From positions 2,604,001 to 2,668,000 of the forward strand of contig CM039004.1 of assembly GCA_017499595.2 (NCBI GenBank): 64,000 nt of DNA. The letters are read 5' to 3'. Position numbers and translations under genes: made by a program. Of this stretch, positions 13,189 to 27,816 are shown one piece after another (position 1 is the stretch's first letter; every line of letters starts with the position of its first letter). This stretch comes from Psilocybe cubensis. Lineage: Eukaryota. The notes under the pieces are model-generated. The model was given only the letters and a program-made list of their open reading frames with translations. It made no database searches and had not been told where the DNA came from.

Positions 13189-14341
13189 CTACTTTGTAAG
13201 GAGATTTACCGCCTCCGCATATCTTTCCCTCGTGCCTTGCACAATATCCTCGTCAATCACCCAACCTTGACCTTCCTTGCCAAGGGGGCCGCTCTCCAAC
13301 CCCTTCTTGAAACCAGAGCGTACGAGCCAGTCTCTGAGATATTGCTTGTCAAAGCTTGGTTGTGCACCGCCCACTTTGTAACCATCGACAGGCCAGTACC
13401 GCGACGAATCGGGGGTAAGCAGCTCGTCTATGAGAATGAGCTGCTTTTTGTCCGAGCCGTCGGATGAAGGGATGAGGCCAAATTCGAACTTAGTGTCGGC
13501 GAGAATGACCCCCCGGGCGCGCGCGTGCTGAGAGGCGGTTGTATACAATTTGAGGGCGGCGGTGGAGATCTGGTCATACAGCTCCTGGCCCACTATCTTC
13601 GCCGCTAAAACGCAAAACACAAAATAATCAGAGACGTGTGATATATATCCAGGGAGGTAAGTACTGACCTTGCTCGGGTGAGATGTTTTCGTCATGCGCT
13701 CCCTGCTCCGCCTTCGTCGAAGGAGTAAAGATAGGCTGAGGGAGTTGCTGCCCTTCAAGAAGTCCTTCCGGCATAGGGATAGAATGAACCGTTCCGCTCT
13801 TCTTATACTCCGACCATGCAGATCCTTAGAGAGAGAGAAATGGACAGCACAGCTTGAGAAAAAGACAAGAAGATTGTCGTGGGCTTTCAAAGCGTACCAG
13901 CCATGTAACCTCTCACAATCGCTTCCAGGGGGACGACCTCGGCCTTCTTCACAAGCATCGCGCGTCCTTCTAGCTGATCTTTATATTTATGGATCTCGGC
14001 GGGCATCTCATCGACGTTGGCAGTGACGAAGTGGTTGGGGATGATGTCCCCGAGCTTTTGAAACCAGAACAGCGAAATTTGCGTCAGAAGCTTGCCCTTG
14101 TCTGGAATACCCTGGACATATCATTGACATATGGTTGTACGCGTGTTTAATGTCAGAAATATCTCCAACGACGAGGAACAAATGCGTGGCGTACATTTTT
14201 CAAGATGACATCGTATGCAGAGATTCTGTCTGACGCGACAAATAGGAGGTGGTCCGGAGAAGAGGTACTGTAGATGTCCCTCACTTTTCCTTTCGAAATG
14301 AGTTTGAGATCGGGGAGATCAGAGTCTATGAGAGCGGCCAT
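13189..14341 (-). CDS. ADE1: SAICAR synthetase
   Basis: [62 protein letters not shown]. Confidence 0.96.
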
Positions 14342-15653
14342 GAAGAGCAATAAATGAGTTTTATAAAGATAAGTGAATGGCACAAATTCTGTCTCTGCTT
14401 TCGAAAATCTAAAAATCAAGTCTAATCTAGCCGAATCACGCTGTTTTTTGTACCACGGTGGTGTGACTTCAAACCGGTTACCGTCCTCGTGGAGCACGGC
14501 CACAACCGGAGCCAGATTCAACTCTTACAGCGGTATTCACGACATGATGTATACAAGCTTGTGTACCGTGGCCAACTGGTTAGGGACATGTGGGTTCATA
14601 ACATGAGTCATCTAGACGCCCAGTTCACTTTGATTGAATGTCTTTGCACTTGACAACGATATCTTCACTTGTGAATCGGCCAAGCAGGAATCCAGTTTAT
14701 CAACATGATTTGGGAGAAGATACGACAAAGTCATATGGCGCGGTGTTAACCATGTGGAATGCGGGGGCTCTGTTGCTGAAAGCCATCTTCAATCATTATC
14801 AGCATACAGACATCCACGGACGGAATTTGGCGGTCCTTGGGTGCATCTTGGCCTATTCTACTCCGGGGAAAACAGCGGGAGTATGCACGTCTAGAAGGCA
14901 ATAGAAGCGCTTCGAAGAACCGATTTCATTCTCCTCGAGGATCGCATCTTGATGAAGAATCATCAGGAATACGTATGGGGTCATCTTAACCAGGTGCGAA
15001 GTGTGGTATGGCGCCTTCGGCGCCTTCAATTGCTACGTCTATTAAACCTCAAGCAATTCAGCGCAGCAAAGTTGTACCAAAGCCCTTCTGTACAACACGA
15101 GGTTCACAGGGCACCCAAGCGCTCAACGTTATTGCCACCGACCTTTACATAGAATATACCCTGTTATAGAGATGGTTTTCGAGCTGGCGAGATTGTCCAT
15201 GACTATTGCAAGGGTCTTCAAGCCGCCTTAAGCAATCATCTTACGAGGAGGCCACATCTGGGCGACAGTTAACATATGCAAATTCAACTTTATCATCCTT
15301 TCCTATCTCCTCTCCTTGCCATGGGGCAGGCAACTTTGAACGACTTGGCGATGTTGTTCCACGCTTACTTTCAACCACAACCTTGTCGACGAGCAGACCC
15401 ATCGTAATCACATTATCACAAACCTCCACCGGCTAAGGAACGATCTTACTTACGTGCAAAATATGCGCGTCTTTCCTCGTGCTTCCTAGGCTGGGCGCAG
15501 TCTATGCACTCGTGCAAACCTCACCAAGGCATTCAATGTAATCGCGCCATGTTGGCGCCAATTCGCTGCCCGAACCATAGGCCTCAGTATATAATCCAGC
15601 AGAATGAGCAGGCTGTTCTGTAGTTGGTCTTCTCGTTCATTTCCCCAACGACA

Positions 15654-17360
15654 ATGAAGCTCTCCGCAACTTTCGTCCTCCTCGCCGTCGCTGGCTTTTC
15701 CGCTGCCCAGGACATTGATGTCCAGGGAGGATTCGGATTCTTCCCCATCCCCATCTCCAAGAGGCCTCTCGTTGTGTCATCTCTCCTCCAAAGCTCGATC
15801 AAGTCCTCCAATCTGCTTACACACGCGAGGAAGTTCACCGAGTTCTCCAAACTCAGCAACGGAACGCGCGCATTTGGCTCTGCTGGTCACAACGCGACTG
15901 TGAAGTACATCAAGGCTGAGCTTGACAAGACTGGTTATTACGATACCGAGCTCCAGACTTTCCCATACCTCTATTCCCAGGGAACTGCTGCCTTCTCTGC
16001 TAATGGAACCGACTATGCCACCGCTTGGTTCACTTATGGCCCGGGAGGAGAGGTCACTGCCCCTCTTGTTGTCGTCAACAACCTTGGTTGCACTCTTGTA
16101 AGTTTACTTTCATATATACTTTTTGTCTATTTATTCTGACTTGTTTTATTTGTTACAGGAAGACTACCCCGCTTCTGTCGTTGGCAAGATCGCCCTTGTC
16201 AAGCGCGGTGAATGTACTTTCGGACTGAAGACCGCCCTCTCTGGTGCTTCTGGTGCTGCCGGTGTTATCATCTATAACAACGCCGACGGTGCTGTTGGTG
16301 GAGGAACCCTTGGAGACATCGTAAACCCTGCTGGTCCCTATGTCCCCGGGGCCTCCCTCACCGGTATTGATGGATCCGCTCTTGTTGCCACCATCAACGC
16401 TGGCTCCGAGGTCATTGGAACGATCAAGGTCGAAGCCGTCACTGAGGACCGCTACTCCAGCAATGTCATTGCCACCACCAAGATCGGCGACAGGAAGAAC
16501 ATCGTGTTTGCCGGAGGCCACTCTGACTCTGTCCCTGCTGGACCTGTATGTGTTCTCACTTAACATCTACTCAAATATGTTTTCTAATTATTTAACTGCA
16601 TAGGGTATCAATGATGATGGATCTGGAACCATGGGTATCCTCGAAGTGGCTCTTAAATTGGCCAGCTACAAAGTCAACAATGCTGTCCGATTTGGTTTCT
16701 GGACCGCTGAAGAATTCGGTCTTGTCGGCTCTGAGTACTACGTGCAGAACCTCCCCGAGGCTGAACGCCAAAAGATCGCCCTCTACCTCAACTTCGACAT
16801 GATTGCCTCCCCCAACATTGCATACCTCATCTACGATGGCGACGGCAGCGCATTCAACCTCACTGGCCCTGCTGGCTCCGACAAGATTGAGAAGCTCTTC
16901 GAGGACTTCTACAAGGTTAACAAGGTCCGCAGCGCCCCCACCGAATTCAGCGGCCGCTCCGATTACGGTCCTTTCTTGGATGTCGGTATCCCTGCTGGAG
17001 GAATCTTCAGCGGTGCTGAGGGATTGAAGACTGCTGAGCAGGCCAAATGGTAAGTTCTTGCTTTTTTCGTCGAGTCAATCCGGTAGTTGACATGTTTTGT
17101 TCTTCAGGTGGGGAGGTGAAGCCGGTGTCTCCTACGATCCTTGCTACCACAAAGCGTGCGACAACATTGCCAACCTGAACGTTCCTGCCTGGGTCCTCAA
17201 CACCAAGGCTGCTGCCCACTCCATTGCCACTTATGCCCGTTCATTGAGCGGAATCCCTCGCACCCGCAAGTCAACCGCCTCTGCTGAGCTCAGGGTCGCT
17301 GGCCTCTCTTACGACGACCGCCGCCACTTCTCTTGCGGACACGAAATTGCAGCTCTCTAA
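15654..17360 (+). CDS. Secreted M28 aminopeptidase with PA domain (aminopeptidase Y-like)
   Basis: Signal peptide MKLSATFVLLAVAGFSAA; PA domain GKIALVKRGECTF; GHSDSVPAGP|GINDDGSG, FWTAEEFGLVGS, LNFDMIASP, GRSDY, DPCYH. Confidence 0.93.
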
Positions 17361-17695
17361 GTAAATGATACCATAATGTACTTATTTATTTTATCGATAT
17401 CCTAATGCTTTCTCAAACTCAACTTTTTTGGTGTGAAATGTGTTGTTAACGAAAGTTTTGAACATCGTTTGTAAGTATGGTTTAATCCTTGTCGTATTCC
17501 GAGGAGCCTGAATGGAAGTAATCACTGATCGTGGCAGGGATATATTAATAATGATAAGAAGTATCAGTATATAGAGTACACATGTCATGAGTATGCGCAT
17601 ATAGGTCAGATAATTAACAACAAATCCATTACACATGTGCATGGTATACATTTTGTCATCTCTGTAACAAGCCCGTTATCTCACAAAGGGGTTTT

Positions 17696-20671
17696 TCAAG
17701 GTCGTACATATCCGTCGTGATCATTGTCGTCCTCCTCACGCGGTGTCAACATCTCCCCGCTCGGTCTGCGCTGGTCGTCCTCGACCCCAAATGACGGTCT
17801 ACGAGCAGAAGGTTGCCGGCTCTCTGGCTCGTCGCGGTACTTGGGCGTTAGTCCCGCAGATGGTTCATCATCGTCCAAGAAGCCAGAGTGGAAACCCAAT
17901 CCGCGCGCAGAGGGCGGGTTCACATTGGTGTCGTCCCTTCTCTCCCTATCCACGAGGTTATCAGACGATGAAGGCTCGCCGAACGAATCGTATAGGGCGC
18001 GCGTGGTACGTGGCCCACCGCTGCCTGCGATGACACGGCTCCTACTTTGTCCATCGATCGCGTCCATGCTAATGTCGTCCGCCGCGAGGGAGCGGTATTC
18101 TGCTAGCCTGAGGCGGTCCGCACGGCGTTTATAGAAGTAGGCGAGGGCTGCGAGGCCAAAAACGACAACGGCGCCCAGAGCAGCGAAGAACCACTTCTGC
18201 GCAGACATGAGGCTGGACATATGATCATACCACGCTTTGCTGGGTTCGTCGTCTCCTGCCGTGTTGTCGTCTTGCTGGGGCTTGCTCGGAGGCTTGGGTT
18301 TGTTCGATGGCGAAGGGAAAGCGGCTTTGGTGTTTTCTCCCGTTGCATGGCCATGGTCTTCTGGAAGAAGATCTGTTGGTTTCGCGTGTTGGGTGGACGA
18401 GATGAGGTCAGGATCGTTTGGCTCTGGCCGTGGTGGCGTGTCCTCTGGTGGGAGGGCGTTGTCGATAACGGGTTCTACCAGCTTGGTCGCCTTTGTGGGG
18501 TCAATGGCGCTTCCCCAGAGAACCATGTTCCACCCGAGGAACTTGCCATGTTGCTCAGGGTCGTTTTGATCAAAGACGCGTAGTGTCCACTCTCCAACTG
18601 GATTTTCACCCCTATAGAATTGAACACATCAACACTCCATTGTGAATCAGGTCAAATATATGCGCCATACCAGTGTTTGACTGACATGAACCTCCATCCA
18701 GGGAATCCAGTGTCATCCTCATCCTCCTCGCGCGTGCTAGCCAAAATACTCCTGATGCCATTTGGACTCTCGATCTCGACCTCCACATCTCCTCGACGCG
18801 TATGGCTGATCCACACCCTCACATCAACATGCTCAAGACTCTCTAAATTGTTCTTCAACATCATCTCCTTCGTAATCATCATCTTCTGTTCAACACCATC
18901 TGGACCTATCGGCTCGCCACCTTCGTATCTGTAATTCCTATGCGGCAAGCTGTGCATCCGCCCGTTGTTGACGATGACGGTGTCCGTAAATAGCCATGCC
19001 TGGGGTTTGACAAGTTGCCAGGATTTTGCAGCTGTAACATAAGCGTACGCGTCGATTGCGCCGTACCCGTACTTGTAGCTATAGAGTCGACCACTGGCTG
19101 TCTTTTCCCAGTCGGGGTCGTTTGGGTTAACCTTGCGTGCAGTTTCGACGCAGAGATGTTGGATGTCCCGCCACGTAAGGTCAGGTCTGCGTTTATGTCT
19201 ATGTAAGTGGCGTATCAAAGTGAAAAAAAGCAATCTTCCGTACCGAGCTTGTAAAGCCAAAGCAAATACTCCAACTGCATTCGGCGCAGCAGCCGATGTA
19301 CCGCCATGGGTCATGGCGCACTCATTGTCCCTATCTGTGGTGACCTAAAACGATCATGATGAGTACACATATCATTCGATAGGTGAATTAATAGACTCAC
19401 AATGTGATTTTTGCTTCCCGAGCTATACGCAACAATCATGTTTGCGGCACAAGCTTCCGAGTAATCCGGGTGCAGGCCTTTCCAGTCAATCGACGACACA
19501 GTTACCGAATAAATGCTGTTGGTGTATCCGTCGAAGTTACACTGATCTTGGTGTCGCCCACCATTGCCGCTAGCAAACACATAAATCGAGCCTTTGCCGT
19601 ACCGTCCGTTATTGATACCATTAACCACTGCCTTTCTGATGAGATAGTTTGGCCCGTCCATAGTTTGTCCGTTATCTCGTGGACCCCAACTGCAGCTGTA
19701 GAGCGAGACATCTTTGTATCCATAGTTGAGCGCAGCAGCCTCGTCCACCGTTGAGATCTTGCCGCCCAGAATGCGCACCCCTGCTGCTTTGGCATCGTAG
19801 GCGATTCCAACACCACAAGCATTGTTTCTCCTTGCCGCCACTTGCCCAGCACACCTTGTTCCATGGTGGTCACGGGCACCTGTCGGTCGAGGTAGGTCTA
19901 CATGGGCATTGAAGTCATACGAGTGTTCCGCGTCCTAATAGGAGAATGGCATTCAGTAAAAGGTTTGAACACATAAAACGTAGAAATAGTATTTACGAAA
20001 GCATCTCTGAGATCATCACTCTCAAAATCTAGCCCATCATCCAGAAAAGACGTCAAAACGCCCTTTCCCGTTAGACCCATGTCCCATACGGGAGTCACAT
20101 TCATCATATGCTCTGGGTAATCATCGTTGACTAGATGCCATTGCGCTGTGAAAAGTGGATCGTGCAAGCCAAAATGTTCCGCCGCTCCTTGTGCAGTAGG
20201 TCGTGTCGGAGGTCGTATTGGCGGCGGAGCGCGCTTGACAAGTTCTTTCGGGGTCTGTAGCTCCAGGTAGTTGACAGACGATACCACTCTTTTGGCGTGC
20301 AGCACATCCTCTGACCGTGAAGTTAATGGTGAACTGGCCCGCTGCTTTAGGTCTTGGAAGGCAGAAATTACAGGGTCAAGCACATCTTCGTCTTCGTCTT
20401 CTCGAAAATCGAGGGCTTTTCGATCGAAGGTGTTGTTTTCGGTTTTGGGAACCCGCACAAGCCACACATCCTTCAGTTCTCCAGCTTGCTCGACAACCTC
20501 CACCCCCAACGCGCTTGCTACTTCTTCAAGGGATGCACCCAGTCTCTCGTCGAATTTATGTTCCAATGCATAATATCTATGCGTGTCATAATGGCGTTTG
20601 GCAGGCTTGGCAAGGACGCTCGTGGTCGTCGATAGAGCTGTAGAAGCCAGGCAGACCCAGAGGAAGCGCAT
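17696..20671 (-). CDS. KEX2: Kexin-type subtilisin proprotein convertase, paralogue 1
   Basis: Signal peptide, prodomain ending LVKR|APP, FLDDGLD, HGTRCAG, ASGNGG, HGGTSAAAP, P-domain (LEHVDV, RRGDV), TM helix, acidic tail GFHSGFLDDDEP. Confidence 0.94.
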
Positions 20672-21205
20672 TCCTGACCAGCAGATGGTGGCGGGAGGTT
20701 GATAAAAAGCACAAATGCCAGGGACTAACGGAAATGCCAATTCTTACACGAGAGTCCGTCGTTGCTGGGCCCGGGCGCATAGCCCGGATAGCCACACTTG
20801 TAGAAATAGATCATGATGGGACATATGTTACAGATGTCAACCCCATACGCCGAGCTTAACGTGAGCCAATCATCTCGTGACCATTTTACGCGCTGAGAAC
20901 GCGAAGAAACGTTCGTGTCTGCATTCTACCATAAGAGGGGTACGATACAGTATTGAACAAAAAGAATTCAATTAGATGTACATGCTCCTTAGGCACTGCA
21001 ATAAATCCAGGTAAATATAATATACACACATACATGTAGCCAATGGTGGGCTGCCTGTACATTGACAAGATGCCAGTCGTTTAGTACGACTTCTAATGTA
21101 CTCGAAGGTATTCGTCGAGCAGCTAGTATACACAAGCTCGAATACTGAACGTTAAGAAACGTCCTTTTAGTTAAATAACGGATGTCGGATCACAGCCAAG
21201 GTATC

Positions 21206-24098
21206 TCATGGACGGGGGTCTGGGAACGAGCCAAAGCCTCCAGTCGGGTGTGAAGACGCGGGTGGTATTTCTGTCGGACTGCGCAGCGAGACGTGAGTAA
21301 ACATTTCAGGATGGTCGCGATAATTGGGCGATAGGCCAGGAGACGGTTCATCATCGTCGAGGAATGACGAGTGGAATCCTAGCGTTTGAGGGTTTGGTGG
21401 GACGATGGTATGGTCTTCTTCTGAAGAACGTCGCTCCATTGACGCTCGTGGCGACGCGTCTTCATCCTCTGCTTCGTCCACGAACCTGACGCTCCTCGTC
21501 GAACGTGGGCCTGCACCTCCGGCCAAAACATCGTTTTGCGCTACAGAGTCCATGTGTATGTCATCCGCAGCCAGAGACGTGTATTCCTCCATCTTCTTCC
21601 GTGCGACTCGTCTCCTCCAGAGCACGATCAAGGCGCTAATAAAGCAAACCAAACCGGCTCCAAGCGCAGCAAACGTCCATTTATGCGTTTTCGCCATGTT
21701 GGTAAGTTCACCGTACCAAGTCTCTTCTGAATCCTTGTCTACTTCATCTTGCTGCGGCTTTGACTTGCTGGGAGTCCCGGTAGGGAAAGCTGGATGAGAG
21801 TCATCGCCAGTAACCTTCCCATGGTCAGTTGGTAGCCGGTCTGTGGGCTTGGCGTGGACTGTCGTCGAAGTTGGGGCAGGGTCATGAATAACAGGACGAT
21901 CAGGAATATTATTTGGTGGCAAAGCATTATCCTCAACAGGTTCCACGAATTTCTGTGCTTTCGCTGGATCAATCGCACTACCCCAAAGTGCCATGTTCCA
22001 GCCCAAAAATTTCCCTGTATGATCTGGGCCAGGATTGCCCTTATCAGTCACTTTCAAAGTCCACTCGCCGACAGGATTTTCGCCCCTAACATCAAATTGT
22101 TAAGAATAAATCAAGCAAAGAAATTGCGATGAAGCGTACCAATGCTTAATTGTCATAAACCTCCAACCAGGGAAACCAGTATCTGCATCGTCATACGCTC
22201 GAGTACCGGCCAGCACGCTCGTGATTCCGTTTGGACTGACGATCTCCACCTTGACATCCCCTCTCCTGGAATGTTCGATCCATACCCTTACGTCCACGTG
22301 CTCAAGCGTCTCCAGATTGTTCTCCTTCATCATCTCTTGTGTGATGGTCATCTTCTGTTCATACACGCCCATCCCGATCGCTTCTCCCCCTTCGTAACTG
22401 TACTTTTTGTGCCCGAGCGAGGTCAGCGTTCCATTGTTAACAACGACGGTCTTGGTATGGATCCATGCTTGTGGTTTGACGAGCTTCCAGGATTGTGCGG
22501 CTTTAACGTAAGCATAAGCATCGAGGGCCCCGTATCCGTACTTGTAACTGTATAAACGCCCGCTGGCGGTTTTCTCCCAGTCAGGGTCTTCTGGATTAAC
22601 CTTGCGCGCGGTTTCCACACAAAGATGTTGTATATCTCGCCATGTCAGGTCTGGCCTAAGTTGATGATAAGATATATGATTAAAACTTCAAGATTATTCG
22701 TACCGCGCTTGCAAGGCTAATGCAAAGACACCAACAGCATTCGGTGCGGCAGCCGACGTTCCACCATGAGTACGCGCGCATCTATTTTTGCCAACATCCG
22801 TTGTCACCTACAAATTGTAAGCTCGAAAATCTAAGCATTCGAAAACACAAGGCTCACAATATATTTCTGGCTCCCTGAACTGTATGCAGCTATCATGTTC
22901 GCCGCACACGCCTCCGAATACGCAGGCTTCTTGCCTGTGTGATCAATCGCTGACACTGTCACCGAATATATGCTATTCGTGTACCCATCATAATTGCACT
23001 GGTCCTCTCCAATACCCCCATTCCCGCTCGCAAACACAAACACGCTACCCTTCCCGTCTCTGCCCTCGTTGATGCCCTTCACAACGGCTTTGCGGATAAG
23101 ATAGTTTGGCCCCTCCATTGTCATCCCATCATCCCGGGGGCCCCAGCTGCAACTGTAGATGGATACGTTTTTAAAGCCATAGTTAAGCGCGGCCGCTTCG
23201 TCGACGGTGGTAATGGGCCCACCGAGAATACGCACCGCTGCGGCTTTGGCGTCATATGCGATCCCCACTCCGCAGACATCGTTGCGCCGCGCCGCGACTT
23301 GTCCTGCGCACCGCGTGCCGTGGTGGTCGAGCTCTGTGACAGGGCGTGGTAGATCGACATGGTCATTGAAGTCATAAGAGTTTTCCGCGTCCTATTCGAA
23401 AATTAGCACTCATATAAAGGAGGCGGATATGATAAAATGAGACTTACAAAAGCATCCTTCAAATCCTCGCTATCAAAATCTAGCCCGTCGTCCAAAAATG
23501 AAGTTAAGATGCCCTTCCCAGTGAACCCCATATCCCACACCGGTGTCGTGTTCATCATATGTTCAGGGTGCTCGTCGTTGATCAAATGCCATTGCTCCCC
23601 AAACAACGGGTCCTTAAGGCCCAACCTCTTCGCCACATCCATAGATGACCCTGGTTGTACAAGCGGCGGTGCGCGTTTCACGAGCCACTGCGGCGTCTGA
23701 GCTTCCAAGTAGCTAACAGAAGATACAACCCGTTTCGCTAACAAGCTCTCTTGTGAGCGCGAGGACAGTGGAAGAGCCGCTCGTTTCTGCAGTTCTGAAA
23801 ACGCAGCAATGACAGGATCGCCTCCGTCTCGCTCGACGACGCCTTCCCGGGCCTTCGGTACACGCACAAGCCATACATCGTCCAGTTCACCAGCCTGTTC
23901 AACAACCTCTACACCCAATGCCTGCGCAACCTCCTGCAAACTCGCACTTTCCGCCCCAGGTACGTGTTCCAGCGCATAATATCTATGTGTGTCATGGTAT
24001 CTCCTGGTTGGTGGTCTAGCAGCGTTAGCGTGGTCGGCGACTAGACCAAGCACACTTGCAAGTGCGAGAAACCGGACGGCTTGCAGCACAGCTGGCAT
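21206..24098 (-). CDS. KEX2: Kexin-type subtilisin proprotein convertase, paralogue 2
   Basis: Same architecture, intron pattern and catalytic motifs as paralogue 1; tail GFHSSFLDDDEP. Confidence 0.94.
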
Positions 24099-24407
24099 AT
24101 TGACCTCCTGGTCGACCACCGGGCTTTTGGTATGAAGTCAAAAGACGATCCATGCTATGCGGACAGATATGATTAGTTGTCCCGTCGCGCTTGCCCCGGA
24201 GAGATGGCTGAAACGGAAATCACTTGATGCGGGTGTGTTGGCACAGCTACGTGTAACAACGACCCCGTCACATGTTGGTCAGTAAGGCTCTTTCGACAGC
24301 TCTTGGATTGCATGAAGGGGCACAAAACAAATGTATTGGGCATATAAGCATAGTAGTGTATATAGTAGCATCATATATCATAAACAAATTATCCTGGACT
24401 CTGTGCC

Positions 24408-25424
24408 TCAGGTCCTCCTGATAGGGAAAATAAACATGGACGGGAAATAAAAAACAGACAAGAAGACGGTGTAAATGCCCCCCACCATGGCCTTCATCCA
24501 GCGATAGTAAAATCCCTCGTATGGTCTATGAGCCGGTTGTTGAAAGGACGTCTCGACAGAATCAGATATGTCGGATAACATGCAAAGCAGGGCAACGAAT
24601 AAAGGTAAGCACACGAAAATCCACAAAACCAATGTCGCGAATGGCGAAAGTGGGGCGTGTCTGCCTTTTTGTCTAGTGTTCCAAAGTCTAGGCCTCTCTG
24701 TTCTGCGAGTATCGGTAGGAAGCAGGAGAGGAAGTGACATTGAGGACGACGGCCGGACTGAGGTTGAAGGTTTGAAGTTGGCCAGAGTGCACTCCTCGGG
24801 AGCCACCGTGGATGGGGAACTGTCCTCCTCCTCCTCCTTTATAAGTTCATAGTCCTTCAGAATATCAAAATGCTGTTGTTCAGAAAGGGTGGGATTTATA
24901 GCACTGAACTCCCGCCCCCAGGTCTGCACTACCCGATTACTGAAGTTTTCATCAGCAGTTGCCGTCGGATTCCACGGATTGCTAAATATCTCGTGTAAAG
25001 ATGATTTAGATAGGTCATTAATGGTCGGTGTAGAGCTCGATTCCACGTTAATGAATCCAAGCTCGGTAAGCTTCTGCAGAACTTCCTGTACAGACTGGGG
25101 AGATTGATTTATCACCAGCTGAATAACGACAGGTTGTACGTCTGCGGCAGGAGCCACTTGCTTGCTATGACGAAAAGTGAACTTTGATACGAGTCAGGTT
25201 TGTGGTATACACGATTACAAATTGAAAGAGATACTCACAACTCGTCCGGCTTGCACTGGAGGTGCGACATCTGCGATTGCAGGGATGTGTTCGTCGCCTT
25301 CTGTAGAGTCTTCTAGCGATATAAAGGAGCTTCCAGGAGAGGAAAATTCGCATTCGTCAAGGTCCAGCGGAACATCAAGTCCAACTGGGCTTCCGTCGAC
25401 AATGGGTGGGGGTCGAGTCTGCAT
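24408..25424 (-). CDS. Hypothetical protein with two C-terminal hydrophobic segments, 2 exons
   Basis: ATG 25424, GTGAGT intron about 25238-25161 joins in frame to the 249-aa ORF; TM-like FATLVLWIFVCLPLFVALL and GGIYTVFLSVFYFPSMFIF. Confidence 0.6.
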
Positions 25425-25875
25425 CCTCCAAGTCGTTGAACACACCAGAGTGTAACAGTTTGCGGTGGTGGAAAACAGAAAGTATAGTAAAGAAGCACCT
25501 GAGGTAGATCTGTATGTTCAGCGCGGAGTTTTGGACGCTACAAAATCCCTTTGTGGTGACTATTCCTTTATACACTGTGCATCTTGCCAATAGCCGCTTT
25601 GTTGACTCGTGGCCCGCACGAAATCATGGTTAGACAGGAGGATGCAACATGCCTAATAGTAATATTAATATGGAAAAAGCGACTCGCAACGAAGTGATCT
25701 ACGAGCACAAAGCGCGAGTATATATCGGTGGCTTGTGCAGGACTTGGGTATGGGCCCGGTGGCGGAGAGACAGTTGTGGTGTGGTGGTCAGAAGAAAGAA
25801 AAGGCGGGTATCCGGTCCGGAGCCATTTGTTTGTGTGACTGGGTTCACCATCATCGACTTTGTACTCAAACTACG

Positions 25876-26825
25876 ATGTCTTCACTTTTGAAAGCAAGCT
25901 CAATATTAGAGCCCTCGATTTATACAACAATATCAAAAAATCTCTACTCAACAAAGCGAAACATATGGGCTAATGCTCAAACAGCAGAATTTGTAGCTTC
26001 AGCAAATTCGATTTCAACCATTCCGAAATCTACCGGGTTACCAGAGGTAAAGTAACGCGTATATGGTCAATGGAATAAAAGACTCGACGTCACTCTGACC
26101 ATAAGAACTTCTAAAGATCGTAGTTACAGGTTAGTCGCGTCTGGCAACTACCAAAACGGATTGCTGACACCTAATTGTAATATACCAATAGGACGTGCCA
26201 ATGTTGGAAAATCCACGTTGCTTAACTGTATTTTAGGAAGGAAATCACTTGTAAACACCAGTAAAAAAGCTGTGAGTCGAATGCAAATGTGAAGAAGAAA
26301 TCACTGACACAACAGATGATGAAGGGACACACAAAAGCTCTGAATCTCTTCCGCGTCGGGGCAGAACCCGGAAAGCTTATCCTTGTAGATGCGCCTGGTT
26401 ATGGTACTCGCGGAAGAGTCGAATGGGGGGAACTTTTTAAGCATTACATCCAAAACCGACCAGAGTTTGTGCCCTTCCACTTCCACTTACATTTAAATTA
26501 CTAATTTGTGCATAGACTCAAACGCGTCTACATCCTCTTCAATGCCAAACACGGGCTAAATGAAACTGACAAGCTCATGCTTGCTGCTCTCTCCTCGTCT
26601 CTGCTCTCCGAGCGCGGTGCACAAGCCTTCACACTGCAGTCCATAATCACCAAAGCCGACACAGTGCCTACAGCAAAACTACAGGGCACTATTTCTAACA
26701 TGAAAAAGGACATATGGGATGCGGCACCTCTCTGTCTACCTCCAATTATTACAAGTGCGGAGATGAGCCCACCGTTTGGGATCAATCAAGTGAGGCAGAG
26801 CATCGCTGAAGCATGCGGGTTATAG
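25876..26825 (+). CDS. EngB/YihA(YsxC)-family GTPase
   Basis: G1 GRANVGKS, G2 GHTK, G3 DAPGYG, G4 TKAD, G5 TSA; includes a 13-nt microexon 26117-26129. Confidence 0.9.
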
Positions 26826-27816
26826 CTTGCGACCGACATTCTTTTCCCTCCTCCGTTGCTGCTATACCATTTCTACGATGTCGATCGCGTGTGCTCATAG
26901 GTAGGGCGCTAGTTGCCCACCGGCTGAAGATCTGGTTTAACCAGCCCAGAATTCTATCGCGAAATCGGGTGGCGAGATATCCAAGATTCAAATCCATTAG
27001 ACCGAAGATCAGCACGAATAGGGAAACCAATCACAAAATGGGGTGTACCGGTTGGTGGATGGTTGAATGTGGCGGAATCTAGTGACAAATGCCGGTAGCT
27101 GAAATTTGACTGGTCAGCCCGATGGACCCTTTGTGGGTGCCACAACTGGAATGTACTGCTCGCCTGAGCGGACTCCCGCTGCCTAATAGGATGTGTCAAT
27201 GGCAATCCTTCATTTTCAATGGTCATGCTCCGAATGTCAAATCGCAAATAGGATATTTCGATGAATTGCGACAGGGATAATGCCAAACGGCGATGTTCAA
27301 TATTCAATCGCTTCCACTAATCAAATGGTATCTGTCCTCAATATCCTGCTTGTCAATTATACCCTAAAATCAAATTTCTTATGATGAATATCCCGTAAAA
27401 GGTAGATGTCCGTTGCAAGTACCTTGCTCTTTCCCGGAGGATCCTGCGCAGTACACATCTGCTTTTCGTGGGGCACACCCTGGCACACCTCTTCAAACCT
27501 ATTACTCCTCAGTATTAGCGTTCGTATCTCCGCGAAACTGCATGAAGTGAAGGATTTACAAACACGGCCCCTGGCTAAGACGATCAACATGCACGGAGAG
27601 CACCCAAAAGTGGCAATTTATTCCTTCGTTGTAAGTGGGAGTCCACCGAACTGCGAATGACGGCCATCGACAGATACTGTATGCGTACCTACCGCTTTTT
27701 AATTTCGAAATGGATCATCAATGAAATAGTAAAGAAGTCCGATAAATTAAAACTTCAAGAAAAGGATTGAGATGGATTGAGATGATGCTACCAGATGCGC
27801 GTTGGTAAAAAGCTCA

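Noticed and set aside
15654-25424. RiPP/KEP cluster around the KEX2 pair and aminopeptidase
   Set aside because: No signal-peptide precursor with KR-delimited repeats and no DUF3328-type or other tailoring enzyme seen.
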